DNA from: Mizuhopecten yessoensis
Lineage: Eukaryota
Assembly: GCF_002113885.1 (NCBI RefSeq)
Contig: NW_018408922.1
Coordinates: forward strand, 444,462 to 508,461
Length of the DNA: 64,000 bases
Direction of reading: 5' to 3'
Within the stretch, counting starts at the first letter, position 1; the number at the start of each line of letters is the position of its first letter. The notes under the pieces were generated by a model, which saw nothing but the letters and a program-made list of their open reading frames with translations, ran no database searches and had not been told where the DNA came from. Shown here piece by piece: positions 39,720 through 53,697 of the stretch. The translations under genes were made by a program, and so were the position numbers.

Positions 39720-40437
39720 TATTAAACGTGTCCCAACGTTTAAGACCGACTCGTCCCTTTGTCAAGCTATGACTGAGTGAGCGATTTGTATTTTTACCTG
39801 TACAACGATGTGACGAACTTGTATATTGTTTATGTCACTCGACCCGGGACGTTTCGCCTATCGATAAAGAGCGTATATACACTGCATCATATAGGTTACA
39901 GTGTCATTATAATTGAAATTGCCCACCAGTAAACAAATGGCTACTGAATCAGCCTGTTTAAAACTCCCTTACCACGAAGCAGAGCAGACACGGTCGGATA
40001 CAATAGGCATTTTGAAGAATGCAAAAGCATCAACATCAAATTTGACAAGGGAAGAAAGCAAAGCTCTCAGAAAACGTGGGGAAGGAAATTCAATTGTGAC
40101 AGCAGACAAGGGCAGGGCTACAGTAGTTTTAGACAAAGATAATTACGAAGGGAACAAAAGGGGAATGCGACGAGAAAGTTAAGGCCTTACTTAGTGACAC
40201 CAAAAGTTCTCCGGAATGACCCTACCCCATAATGATACAACTTCTGGCTAAAATAAGAGATGATTCATGCATCACAGATCAGCAATACAAGTTCATATAC
40301 CCGATATCAGAATACATCCCTAAATTGTATTGCACACCCAAAATCCATAAACCGGGTTACCCGTTGTCTTCCTGTAGTGGACTACACTGGGACGATTGGT
40401 AACAATCTGTCACGATCCCTAGCAGATATCTTAAAGG
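39720..40437 (+). mobile_element. Penelope-like retroelement remnant (N-terminal RT region)
   Basis: Translations SNLTREESKALRK...IVTADKGRATVVLDKDNY and, across frameshifts, PKLYCTPKIHKPGYP / PVVDYTGTIGNNLSRSLADIL are characteristic of Penelope-like RTs. Confidence 0.75.
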
Positions 40438-41407
40438 TAAGAAGGTTTAGCCAGTCAAAATAATAATTTCCTGATGTCATGTTTCAAATTGGGATTAAGT
40501 CATACTTAATATATAAGACAATCATGAACTAATTAACGTCTTTGTTAAATGTATTTAATATACATCCTAGATTTGATATAGAGAAATGATACTGCGCATT
40601 ATAGAATAATTCTGTCAGCAAATGGATTTCATGTCATCACCTATGTTTAATATGCATTTCAATCCACGCTTAAATTCGACTATTTGTATTTATGCATAAT
40701 ATTATATGAGCAAGTTATAACGACAATTACTTCTTTGCTAATATATCTATTTGAGTAATAGTACGTATCCAATGGACGTTTGTTTGTTCGGATCCAGTAC
40801 TCATAGTGGAGCATACAGTCGTTATAACTTATAAGACATATATGTATTATAATGTATATATGTCTATAAATTATTGTTATAATTATTATGTTGATATTAT
40901 TTCCTGACAACATAATATTTGCATATATTTAATTTTAAGATCTTCTTTTTTAATCTACGTGTTATTGGTGTAATTTTGTAGTTGCGATTCTTTTGTTCAT
41001 TGTTTCACAGCACGTTTACAAGACATCATACGGTAACAACACAACGTGAGTCTATTTTTCTCGGCGCTTAGTACTGCCTAAGGCGACAGTTCACGCATAT
41101 CAGCAAACTGTGACTGGGTTTTATTCTGCGCTTAGTTAGTTTAGCATATCTTTCATAATGTAATGTTATTTTAAAATTTCAAAATCCAAAGCAAACTATA
41201 TCCGTCTAATGAATAAAATGATCATCTTCATAAAAAATTTAAAACAATAGGAATAGCGTTTTGAAGAGAATGGCATTTCCGAAATGAATTAAAGCTGATA
41301 GTGTCTCAAGGAGATTTTGCTTTGTATTGAATGATCGGTCTACCCTGAGATAGTGCAAACTAGTACATAATGTAACTGTTTGACGAGAGCGAGGCGTATC
41401 AGAAAAT

Positions 41408-44400
41408 ATGGCGAACGCTCATGTCGAACCAGATCTAGCAGGGTTCACTGGGGAGGAATATGCAGAAATATTTGATATACGGGCAATGCCTAAACCTACA
41501 ACAGAACGAGAAGTGGGCCAGTTACCAGAGAAGGACATTAGGAAGTTCTTCGAGGAGGTAAAACATTTATTTCATTTCTTATTAAAAAAAGGAAATATTC
41601 TAAAGCTTATTATTCTAAATAACTGAACATATACCTATACATATACATATCGTATATTCAACAGCAACGATGTAAGCAAAGCTCGGTATTTAAACTACAG
41701 AGCTTATAATGATACGCAAGAGCGGAGTTCATTCAATGTTTATTTACATACTAGTAAGATGTTATTTATGCAACACATATCTAATTTTGACAGGGATATG
41801 TAGTTGTAGAGAATGTCTTCCGGAAGGAAACTTTGGAAGCCTGTAAGACGGCCATAGACAAAATGGTTGATGAGCTTGCTCAAAAACTGTATAAAGCAGG
41901 AAAGATCACAGGTAGTAATCTCATTTCATTTTTAACTAAATTTATCTCCATTTAACGTTTCTGATTTTGTTTTAGTGGAATAAGTAATCTCAATAAAAGA
42001 CATTTTTTCGAGTCTTACCTTTGACAGGTTTTTGAGCTATATAGTGAAAAACATATTCCACTATACCCTGGAACATAACCAATTGATCAATTTATCCTAT
42101 TGTATATATATATATATATATTTAAGCAAAGTCGTCTGTTCAATTTTTCATTAAAAGTTAATTACTGAGAATCTGGTTTTGAAATAAAATTAAGAAATAT
42201 AATTTGTTTTAAATGTTTTGCAGATCTGTGTGAAAACTTCGGAACCTCTGATAGGTTGATCAGATTGGACAATCAGTTTCAAGGGACAAGTGTTCTCTTT
42301 ATAAAACATGCCCGATTGATGCAGGTAGGTAAACATTGTTAAAAACACATGGAGATGAATCTTTCCGATTAATGTTTAAATTAACCAAAATTATAGATAA
42401 TTATATAATGGTATGATGCATGTATTTTATCACTCTACCAGCCGTCTTAAACCATGTTAACGTAGTAAAAATTTCAAAATCAAAACGCCGGGTGACGTCC
42501 TGAATCGGAAATAGTACCCACACAAAGGTCTTCGTAATAGGAAAATAGTCCATCGTAAACAAAAGCAGTATAAAATGATGAAAAAAATATTGTGAGGAAA
42601 ACAACACCATTTAAAGCGTAAATAAGGTATATGGAGAATCCAGTGACGATAATATTGTTTGAACATATTTTCGTAAATAGTTTAAGGTTCATGAAATCTA
42701 TGAGCTTACATACATCTTTTAAGTAAGTGTAATATTATGTAGCATAATAGTATAATACAGAAAAAAAATAGATACAAACTTATGGATTTCGACTAAAAAA
42801 AACAAAAACAAAAAAAACCCAGATATCTTGACTTCATTTATTCTGAAAATTCGCATTTTCTGTATTTGGTATGCTCCAAACGTATTTTACTAGATGAAAA
42901 TAATCTGCAGATAGATTATTTAATGGCATGTTTTGAAGGAAGCATGAAGTGTTGATAAGTAACATTGTTCCTTTTTTAATTGTTTGACAATTTCTCGTGG
43001 GTTTTTTTGTTTTGTTTTTAATAAATTTATATCAATGATAATTCTATACGAAATATCAAGTCAAAATAAACATTGGCAGTAATATATATCTGTAATTTTG
43101 TTTGGGTACCACTGTCACCCTATTTAGTGTAATAAAAATAGGTTTAGGTCACCTGTCGGTAGTGATATTGCATAATTTCATCTTTGGGGTATTGTTCATA
43201 TATACAAATATAATATTTCGCTTTTATGCGATTTATGAATTAGCGAAAACCAGTCTACACGTGAAAATATATACACCGCGATCAGTTTATAGTGTCACAG
43301 GCAAGAATTTCAATTTTACAATGCAATAAATTTAACGAAAAAAGAAATAAAGAAATGCTTTGCAGCTATCTAGCGTTTTCATCTCATGATTTACTATGTG
43401 ATGCTTTAAATATCCCTCATAACAAATGTTATAATCAGGCGTTTAAGGACCTCTGGACAGACGAAGTGTTATTGAACATTGTCGAACAACTTATAGGCCC
43501 GGATATAGCTGGTCACCCAGTTTGGAATCTACGGGCAAAGCTACCACAAGATGAAGCAACAACAGTCCCATGGCACCAAGGTATCGTATAAACGTCTGCC
43601 CTAGTCACAATCCTCTTGGAATGCTTATTCTTTGTAATCAAGCCATGCATATTCGAGACATTTTTAATGTCATACTGCATCGCGGAAATTCTACATGAGG
43701 TAACAACTAGCTTAATGGTCTTGTGGCAAGTTTAACCATAAATTGTATCACACTTTTGACAAATGTCGATAAATAGTCAGGGTTTATCTGCATTTGGCTC
43801 CGTTTTCAGACAGTTATTCTGTAGCTGCTAAATCTATTGTTTTATATGATCTCGAGGTAACACTAAAACTGTTTAATTCATTTCCTAAAAAAACATTTCC
43901 AAAACGTATGCATATCTTTCGGTTCTTGATGTTCAAAATTCTCACTTTTAAACCTCTTGTCTTCAAAAGATTTAAACACATCGAGTCAGATACACCTGAT
44001 AACTTATAGTTGACCTGTTTGGGAACATCAAAGTACAATTAGTGCTACTTATCATCAAAATCAAATACATAGAATACGGGGTCGACAGTAACAAGGGAGA
44101 TATTTATTTATTTATTTATTTCCAATTCAACAGACCCAAGGGTCCACTAACAGAATGGATAACAACATCACAACACAAGTATAAAATATCACAGTCAGTT
44201 ATGCATGCAACACAGACTAAAAGATACTCATATGTAAAACAAAAGGAATTAGTGATAGCAAATATTCTTTAACCATTCTTTGAACTCGGCGAGAGAGGCA
44301 CAAAACATATCACAGTCTGGTGCAAAATCAAGATAGTTAAAATTACCTTGAATCCTGTTTAAAATACTATACTTTCTAACGTTTATTCTACTTCTCTGGC

Positions 44401-47400
44401 AGTAAAACTGGTTAAAACGAGTTGATCGTAGATTACGACCAGGGAATTAAAAAACACATTTGCTTGACTAAATATGGACAATCAAAAGCACTATTAACAC
44501 ATTTGTAAAGAAATACACAGTCTAAAAATGCCCGCCTATGTTCGAGGCTAGGGAGATTAAAATGCCTACAAGTGTCAGCGTGAGACATGGAATTGTAGTC
44601 AACGTGTGCCTTAAAACAATAGTTTACGCTGGACAACTTCGACCTGGTGAATTAAAGATGTTTGGTAAGGAGACCAGATCTGACAAAACTTTTACATGTA
44701 CGTTTTATAAAACCGAGCATTCGCATTGATTTGGAAACAGTACGTCTAATGTGGGTACTTAAACTCATTGAAGAGGTCAGCCAAACACCAAGATCTTTCA
44801 CACACCATTCATTCTTCAGGTTGTCACCGTTCATAGTGTAATTAAAATTCATACATTTCTTCTTGTTTGTAAAAATGACCTGGCAGCACTTCTTCACATT
44901 CACTTTCATTTTCCACACAGTGCACCAATCATACACTCTATCTATATCGCTATATATATCGAGATATGACACGTGGAGTTGGAACAACTTATCGTTAGGA
45001 AGATAAATAACCATCAAATCAGTAGTAATATTGACCTTAGATTATGACGGGACAACACATCCTGACCGTTGGTCAATTCCGTATAAGTTACGTAGTCGTA
45101 TTTTTATCTAATCTGACAATGATACACTTTCGACATCCTTGTACTAGTATAGTATCTCACTTAATGCATGTGATAATAAACTAACCAATATGTTATCTAC
45201 GACCTATGATATTACGTTATTGTTGAAATTATATGTTATTAGATATGTGTTGCACATTTATTCTTGCATCGTAATTTGTTTGACTTATGAATACAAAAAC
45301 AGGAGAAAACTGAATTCCAAATAAAACTTAGGCAAAGTATGATCAAATATAAAATCTGGATCGAGGATATCAAAAAGTATGATAGTAAGACCATGTGTTC
45401 CTGGAGGTTAAGCTTTAAGGTTTAATGGCTGCATACTAACCTTTCTCAATTCTAATGATGTTATGCTTCATAGTTGGAATTATTTTTATTACATTTTCCG
45501 GTTCCGAATATCTTCCTACTCAGGAGTATTCACTGAATGAGTGCTTGTGAACTGCTGTATCATAATTTCATTTGTGAATTTGATTAAATATCAATATACT
45601 TATTCTCATCATGAATTGACTTTTTACAGTGAAGTGTAAGGTTTAAAAACAATAAAATCAGATATGAAAACTGAAAGGGGCAACATTGTCCTACACATAC
45701 AGAACTATGCAATGTTACAACTGATGATAATCCTATCACTTAACATTTAACATTTAATGTGTACTTACAAGAACATTCTTGATGGATTTGGGTTTTACTT
45801 GATACAATGTTAGAGGGTTTTGTGCACTTGTCAAGATCATTTAACAATATCACCAAGAAAAATACCCAGTCTCAAGTGAGATTAAAACTCAATATCTCCT
45901 TGCGTTCATTTAAGTAATTCGTAAATGATCACGATATTGATGTTATCACGGTTTTATTATATTTCTGTCTTTTTAATATTAAACAAAGAATAAATTCGAT
46001 GTAATTCGCCACTATGATACATTTTAGCACATGCATACATTTAAGTAGTTGGTGGAAGTTGAAGTAGCCAATGAAATGATTTAGACTGATGTTTATGTGA
46101 CAAACAATCTTTATATGTAATTTAGATTCTGGTTACCTTGACACGAATAGTTACCGTGTATTACAACCCACCGCCTGGATACCGTTTGTGGACGCTACAG
46201 AGACCAACGGCTGCTTGCAGGTAATGTTATATCATATGCAAACTCAATAACATGTTTAAAAAATGTTTATGTCATAGATTTCTATCTTAAATTACATGAC
46301 TTTTTGTCGAAACTTATTTTTTCAACAAATAAGACATTACAACAAATGCCTCATATACTTGTACATAATATAAGTTGCTTTGCATATTCAATATTGCTTA
46401 CTATACATGGGCCATATACTGGACCAATTTCTATCCGCCCCGCATGCATCTCCTATTCCACTCAATTCAGAAAACAAAATCATGCTTTAATTACATTTGA
46501 TTTCAGTTACAGCTGATAATTGTGGCGTTAAATTAGAAAGTTCAAAAAGTTGAATAGGATATGGTAAAAGAAAAGCATAAGGCCGTTTTCATATCCCATG
46601 CCTATCAACCCGCGACGATCTCAGCCCTCGGGCGTCCGGGCCCTCTGATAATTATAATTTAGTAGTTTTCAAATACAATGATATCAGTGCTTCAATAGGT
46701 TGTGAAATAATTGGGGGTAAATCGAATAAAAAATGAAGCAAAAATTATGATAAACTACACAGAGGAATATACTGGGAAACAGATTGAACTCCCGGTTGTC
46801 GTGTCTTAGCTGTGTTCGATAGGACAATATGGCAGTAGACTGTTCGTTTACCAATCGGTACAATGGTGTTTCTCTCTTTGCGATTTTTTTATAACAATCT
46901 CTGGAACAGCTTCCCAGCTAAAAAACATTTTGCTAGGACCTTCAATTTCTTTTTCAGATATATCTTTCAGGTTTTTGTTTTATATAACAAAACATATTTA
47001 ACACGATTGCATCATGCTACCTTCAAGAATTGGAAATTACATCAGCTGCTTAACCCGATCCGCTCTTATATAAATGGATGTCATACTACAAAGCTATATG
47101 ATAGCCACGTCCCAGTTTCCGCCACTTTCGGTGTTGACAAGTTGATTCGATATTAACGGTTCCTTGCTCCGAATTTTACAATTTTCGTAATGTTCAACAC
47201 ATGGATTCAAAAGATGCAAGTTTGGGAATATTTTTTTAGAGTTATAAAACAACATCGTAAATTAATTTATGATTAACTCAAATGACTCAAAAGTGTCATC
47301 CTATTTGACTTTCTATTATAGCAATGGAAAGAAATTGGTAATAGTTTGAATAATTTCATTATATTTTATCCAAGATGATGCATGGTGGCCACAAAACTGG

Positions 47401-50079
47401 GAAAGTCGCCACTCACCAGTGCTGTCATGGTGGTACCTGGTATGTAATGCTGGAAGAAGACGAAATGGAGAAAACACTTGGTAAACCTTAATCTTAAACA
47501 TCAATATAAGTCGATACATTTTATCTTTTCCCGTTTTTGTTGGGGGTTTTTTGTGGTAGAAGGACATTATTGTTTAAATTAGTCTTTTTCCTCAAGTTGT
47601 ATCGGACGCGATATCGCAGGTAAAAACCATGATGGATCTGATTCAGACTGCGACAAAAGGATGCAAATTAAATGTTGGAAATGATATGTGAACTCACTGT
47701 TGTAAAGGTAATTGGTTTTCACAGAATGACTATTTTTGAACAGACAAATGATGGTTTCTTGATATTCTGGGAGAGGACCTGCAAAAATGGTTTTCTTTCG
47801 TTGAAATTGTTTTGATTGCGTTACCAATGGCCATTAAATACATACATGCTATATGCATGCATGTCCGTCAGATTTTATCTCTGAAACGAACAATTTTGAA
47901 GTTTATACGAACCGGTTTTTCCCTTATAACGAACAGGCCCCATGTCAAACATACGAATTGCTATATAATTGTTTTTTCTCATTCAGATATCAATGTGAAG
48001 AAGGACATTAGGACCTTCCCTATACCCTATGGAAGTATGATTTTGTTCAATAATTTGATTCCACATAGAAGGTATGTTACTGATTACTCCTCTCAGTTTT
48101 TACTATATTGCATTTCCTCTTTCTTCATATTTCCATGTGATGTTAATTAGTAAATAAGTATAATATTTCTCTCCAACATTTAATACAGAAATACAGGTAA
48201 TAAAATGCTTTTCTTTAATTTTCATGGTTCATTTGGTGTATATCTGCATATTTGTAATCAAAATCTTTATTTATGAATATTGAGCCATTGTCAGCTTCAA
48301 ATGCCTGCGAGAACAAGCGAGAAGATATTGTTTTTGTCTTAGATTCAAAAATGTTGATTCTTTTCTCACAGTATTTAAGCATTGTACCGTTTTCAGAGAA
48401 TGCGTGTGGCAAACATTTTTAAACGATGAATGAAGGAAAAATTTGGAAACGCTTTAATGAAAATATTCAAGAAATGAATCATTAGGTGCACGAAAATAAG
48501 ATCACGGCGCATGTACAGAAATGGCCGAGCGAGGTCCGATTGAGATAGCGAAATAAAATCATTGAGTTACATTTATCTGCCTTACATTATTAAGCCTATT
48601 TGATCGAGGTTAAACCTCATCTCAACAGTCAAGTCAACATGTAGACGGCTTCATCAGAACCATCCTTTGTTGAGTTAATCCGTTCAGACAATATGTTATT
48701 AATTAATTAATTAATGTATTTATTAGTCAATTAATTATCGTGATTGTTCATACTCTTTGGTGACATTCAATTTAATTAATTGCTTTATATATCTTCTAAT
48801 CTATTTTTTGGGGGAATTTTATGTCAGTCTAGATTTCTGATTCTGCCATTGTTTGTGAACACATTTGCATTTTTAAGCAATGGTTACCTTTTTCCCCTCA
48901 TCAAGTTTAAATAACGCGTCAGACCATATCCGTTGGAGTGTAGACCTACGCTGGCAGACTCCACACCTCCCATACGGATATTATGGCCTCAAACAGGGAG
49001 TCGTCTTCCGCACGAAGGAGGACCCTCACCCTGTAGTAGATTGGGACAAATTCGAAGGAGTGGATAGGTTCAAGATCACTGCTGATGCTGTTAAAGACAC
49101 GCCACAGGTAAACCGATCGATTCTGAAATTTTAAGGTTATATTTAGGTAAAGCGAAAGCATTATTAATAAAAATTATTTTAAAGTAAGTATTATAATTAC
49201 TGGAAATACGAAGGAAGGATGCCCATATTTTAAAATAGTTATTCTACATAGGTAGCTAGACAGACAAAGTATATGTTAACTGTACTATATGAACATTTCG
49301 TTCGTCAGTGCTACTATAAGTAAAATAAAAAGAACAAAAATCAAAGTCTAAAGTTTGGGATACAACATGTGTTATTAAACTAGCATTTCTTATATACAAG
49401 GTTACGGGACAGATACTTTCATTTCAACATTATTAAATGGTTTTAAAGTTCACACATCACAAAGATAAGATGTGTGATGTTTTATGCTATTACTTTAAAC
49501 GTTATTTGTCAACTAAGCAGCACTATTTTGCATTTGGAATACCCGTGATATACCTGTAGGTACACAGTGGAGTCTTCAAACAGTGTACCTCCCATGACCG
49601 ATAAAAAAAATCCTGTTTGTGCATTCAGATTAGCTTAAGTTACAATAGCTTGATATATGTTTAGCTTAAGAAGGGAATTACTTTGTTTAAAATAATGGTA
49701 GCAAGACGCCAAACAGTTATTTAGTTATGGGGGTTATGGTGAGCATTCTGCCGTGCTGTTTTTGAAAGTCAATTTAGGGGAGAAGCTTACTATAGAATCT
49801 GTAGAACGACATTTTATAACATTTTTGCCGAGTTTAACAAGACGGATGGCCTCCCCCTCCTGCGTAAGGCCGAAAGTTTATGGTCGCTTAAGTATTTTAA
49901 ACTTGCAAAATGATATCAATTTTTTTAAGAATATGTATTGTGCTTTTGTTTTATACCAACAGGAAACAAAGGAAGCTGATTTTGATACATCCATTCAGGG
50001 ACCTTGGATGAAGAAATGGGAAATCGTTCACGTCAATCGGCATGTGCAGAAAATGCAGAGCGAGGAGAAGTCCGCTTAA
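41408..50079 (+). CDS. PhyH-family Fe(II)/2OG dioxygenase, copy D, ~371 aa, intact, most divergent copy
   Basis: Exons: 41408-41557, 41794-41911, 42224-42324, 43439-43580, 46126-46220, 47375-47480, 47987-48071, 48906-49107, 49963-50079. All introns are GT-AG with the same phases as the other copies. WHQD, PHRS and IRWSVDLR are present. Ends QSEEKSA*. Confidence 0.9.
44100..44965 (-). mobile_element. 5'-truncated CR1/L2-clade LINE in intron 4 of copy D
   Basis: The minus-strand translation DIDRVYDWCTVWKMKVNVKKC...VKDLGVWLTSSMSLSTHI...MLGFIKR...LPSLEHRRAFLDCVFLYK matches the C-terminal RT region. A (TAAA)n 3' tail lies at 44100-44121. Confidence 0.85.
46800..47200 (+). mobile_element. Degenerate Penelope-like RT remnant in intron 5 of copy D
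   Basis: WQ*TVRLPIGT (QTVGIPMGT-like), FARTFNFFFRYI (FRYIDD-like), TTKLYD and LIRY occur in the expected order. Confidence 0.55.
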
Positions 50080-51867
50080 ATGGGTTGAATTAAATCTGGT
50101 TTTAAACCATAAAGTGACATGTCATTGATCTACAACGCTTAGACAATAACAAAGGTTTCAAGAGGTTCATTTTCAAGACAATTATTAAAGACTTAGGAAA
50201 CACAAAAGGAGATATGTAGATTAAGCCAAACCTAAAAGTAAGTTACAAGTTACAGTTCAATTTAAATCGATTATCATATCATACATTTAAAACTCCCATT
50301 AGGTCTAAGTAAGCTGGGGTGTGGCTGGTACATTTTCGGGCGGATTCATTTAAATGTGGATGCAGAGCAGGGCCTTGGTAAGGGGCACAAAGTTTTTTTT
50401 TGTGGATTCAACTTCGTAACTGTGTATTTTACTTCTCGCCAATTCAGGGGGACACAATCCGTGTTTTCTTTACGACTAACGTTTCATGGAATATACAGAT
50501 ATTACTAAGAATGTAACGTCTAACTTAAAGATTTCATGAAAGTTAAAAAGAAATCGTCTTTGGTATCAATTCTGTTATTACACTCTGGCTTGCTGTATAT
50601 TTGAATGCATTTTAAACAGGCAATAGAGAAAATAATTCGAAATATATATACATTTCAAGGAAACAGTCCTGTAAAGGATTCATTTCAGTTAAGCAAGTTT
50701 ATGACAAAGGTGTTCTATCTTATATAAATTCTTTCTATGAGAGGCGAGAAAAGTTGATCGCATATTTCCCTAGATAAATCGATTTTAAAGATTTACGTAC
50801 TATAAAATAGAATAACAAAATTAAAGCAGAGGAGATGCATCCAACTTACAAACAATGGAAATGAAGCCATACAACAATACAAATGCTAGTAACAAATTCT
50901 TTACACACATTGTTTTGATCCAGAAGTCGACTAGCATGTATATGCGAAAATCACATTTGCTAATACTGTTTTACGAGTCCCCGTACAGTGCTATCACCCA
51001 CTTTGGCTAGATTTTAACAAACAGAGTTTTTTATTCATCTACATCAATTCATACAGCTGGATAAATCTGTATCCTATACTGGTTCTAGTCAGTGAAGTGT
51101 GTATTTATGTATTCCATCATCATTAATTTCCATTTATTCAATAGTAACACATCAACTTTTACTGCGTATGAAGTATGCATATCACATTTGATTCCTTACT
51201 GCAGAACTTGTTATAGATGTCAGGTTTGTTTTGGATAGATGTATCGTGGAAAAAACAAGGAACATGAAAGTATTTAATTTCTTTTTATTTATTAAATTGT
51301 TTCTGAATCTTTTTAAAATAACACAATGTAAAATAAAATTCATGTGTTATATTTAACCAACAATTTGATACGTGACATATTATTATATATTCTTTCTCTG
51401 TCATACACTGTTTGTGAATTCCTCTTACATAATATTGTCAATATATTTACATACAATCTCAGATATTTCCTGTACAATGAGATAAGATAGACTGTAACAT
51501 TACAGCTAACGCACCGGTTAACAATGAGCAGCATATCTCTCTTATAAATATGTTAATGTATAAACCTCAGATTTTGATATTGTTGTTTGGTAAATGCGAT
51601 AAGATTACATGCTGCCGTGATTATTACACATGTGATTAAGATTTTCTATCATTGAATAGTCAGGATTATCTGACTGCATGAACAAATTTGTAAATGATTT
51701 GTACCTTTTCTTTACGTCATCAATTAACAAATGACGTCAAAATTACATTCATAAGCGATCTTTTGTTTCTAAATCGGACAGTCGATGAGAAAGAAGAAAT
51801 ATTTCGTAGAAAAATAGTTTCATATATACCCTTAAGAAAATTGCAAAAAGATAGATATCACCTTTTA

Positions 51868-51986
51868 AGTTTGTCTCAAAAAGGTAGCATAAACCCTTAA
51901 GCATGTCACAGAAAGGTGGCATGCACTCTTTAGTGTAACAGAAAGGAAACATAAACCCTTAAGTATGTCAAAAAAGGTAGCATGTT
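51868..51986. repeat. Short degenerate tandem repeat (~30-32 bp, ~4 copies)
   Basis: Recurring TGTC..AAAGGT(A/G)GCAT..ACCCTTAAG. Confidence 0.5.
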
Positions 51987-53511
51987 GCCTTAACTGAACG
52001 CGGTGGCTTGTATTGTAAAGTGACAAATTAAAAATACATTTGTTGCTTTAAAAGGAAACATGATAAAAACAACGCAAATGCTTAAAAATGTTTATGTAAG
52101 TAATGACATGTGTATTATCCTGTAATGTCTTCAGTGTTAAATACACTTCAAAAATAATGGCAAGATAAAATTACAAATTAAGTATTTACAATTATAATAT
52201 TCGTATAAAATTTAAAGACGATAAATATCAATACTGAAGTTTTCACACATTAAAAATTTAAGAATAGAAACAACGGGATAAATTCTTCCTTATATTTTCC
52301 TACAGATATTCCTATTATGAGATATTGTCTAAAAAAAAATAACAATAAGCGCAATAAACACAGGTTAAAAGCACTAAACTTACCCTGATATATGTTCTCC
52401 GCAAAAAATTACCATGATTCACAAGAACACAAAAGACACAAAAAATAAGGTTAGTAAAAACAAAAAATCTCATTTGTCTTTTAGTACAGTTGTGTCACAT
52501 TCCGATTTAAGATATTCTTAAAGATTTGCAAAATCAAAATGATACTTGGCTGAATGCATAATTTTTCACTTCGTCATGATGACGATTTATATCAAATATG
52601 TCAAATATATTCACGGATGTGTGCTTACTGAGATACTTGTTACTCATCAAGGATGATACCAATATTTACAAAGATACTGACTCATTCTAAGTATAGACTG
52701 GCTTGATATTTATATATAAAGATATCTCTACATTGCCCTCGGTTCTTGAGTCATTCCAGTGAGGTTTTGCAACACTCATCAATTAATAATAATAAAAAAA
52801 TACGCCCAGGTTAGCTACTTGATGTTACATAGCATTTGATGAAGTAACATTAGGCTAGCTATATATAACCACGAAAATCAACGTTTTTGCTAATGTCTTG
52901 TGCAATCACTGTGGAGTACATTTTGACGAAGTTCCTATTTAATGAACAAATTAAAAATGATCTTGCCCTGTACATTTCTTAGTGAAAAAATTCAATTGAA
53001 CATTTTATCGTCATTTTTCCAGACCGGATTTATGTCATTCACTTATAATTTGGAAAAGAATATATTTATTAAGATATCCTACATCTGCACTTAAGTAAAC
53101 AAATGGTACGTGTGTTTATATGTAAATCCATCCACGTTTATGCATTCTCTTCCACACAAATAAATAGCACCATAAGCTTTATAAACAATATCCGAATATT
53201 CATTTTCTCATATAATTGTTTTAGAGTACGTACTGCATGTCCGATTACTGGAAGTAGTGATGCACCATTATCATGACAGTCCGGGCAAAATATACAAGGA
53301 AATGGGACAAAGGGATAGTCCCGACCAGCTAACGCCGTCATACACATTATACAAGTGTCTATCTTATTACGTACAAATATATTTGTTTCCTCTTTCAAGG
53401 ATTTGAAAGATAAAAGATTTAACTAATATATCTTATACATATTAGAGTCTTTAAACGCTGATATGTATATATCGTTAGATTACCAGTTATTGTTTATATA
53501 TTTTCGATATA

Positions 53512-53697
53512 CAGTAAAACCTCGATAGAAGGCCCTTTGTTTCATTTGCCACCTCGTTTAACGCCTATTTATTGCAATGTCTTTTTTTCACCTTTTCTAA
53601 AGAATTTCTATATACCTTTCCATCAATTTATCGTCCACTCCCTTTATAATGTAAAAATAGCTCTTGATAAGTGCTAGCGTATAATGAGGTTTTACTG
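53512..53697. mobile_element. Tc1/mariner (pogo/Tigger-type) MITE
   Basis: TA-CAGTAAAACCTC...GAGGTTTTACTG-TA: a 12-bp perfect TIR with TA target duplication. Confidence 0.75.
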
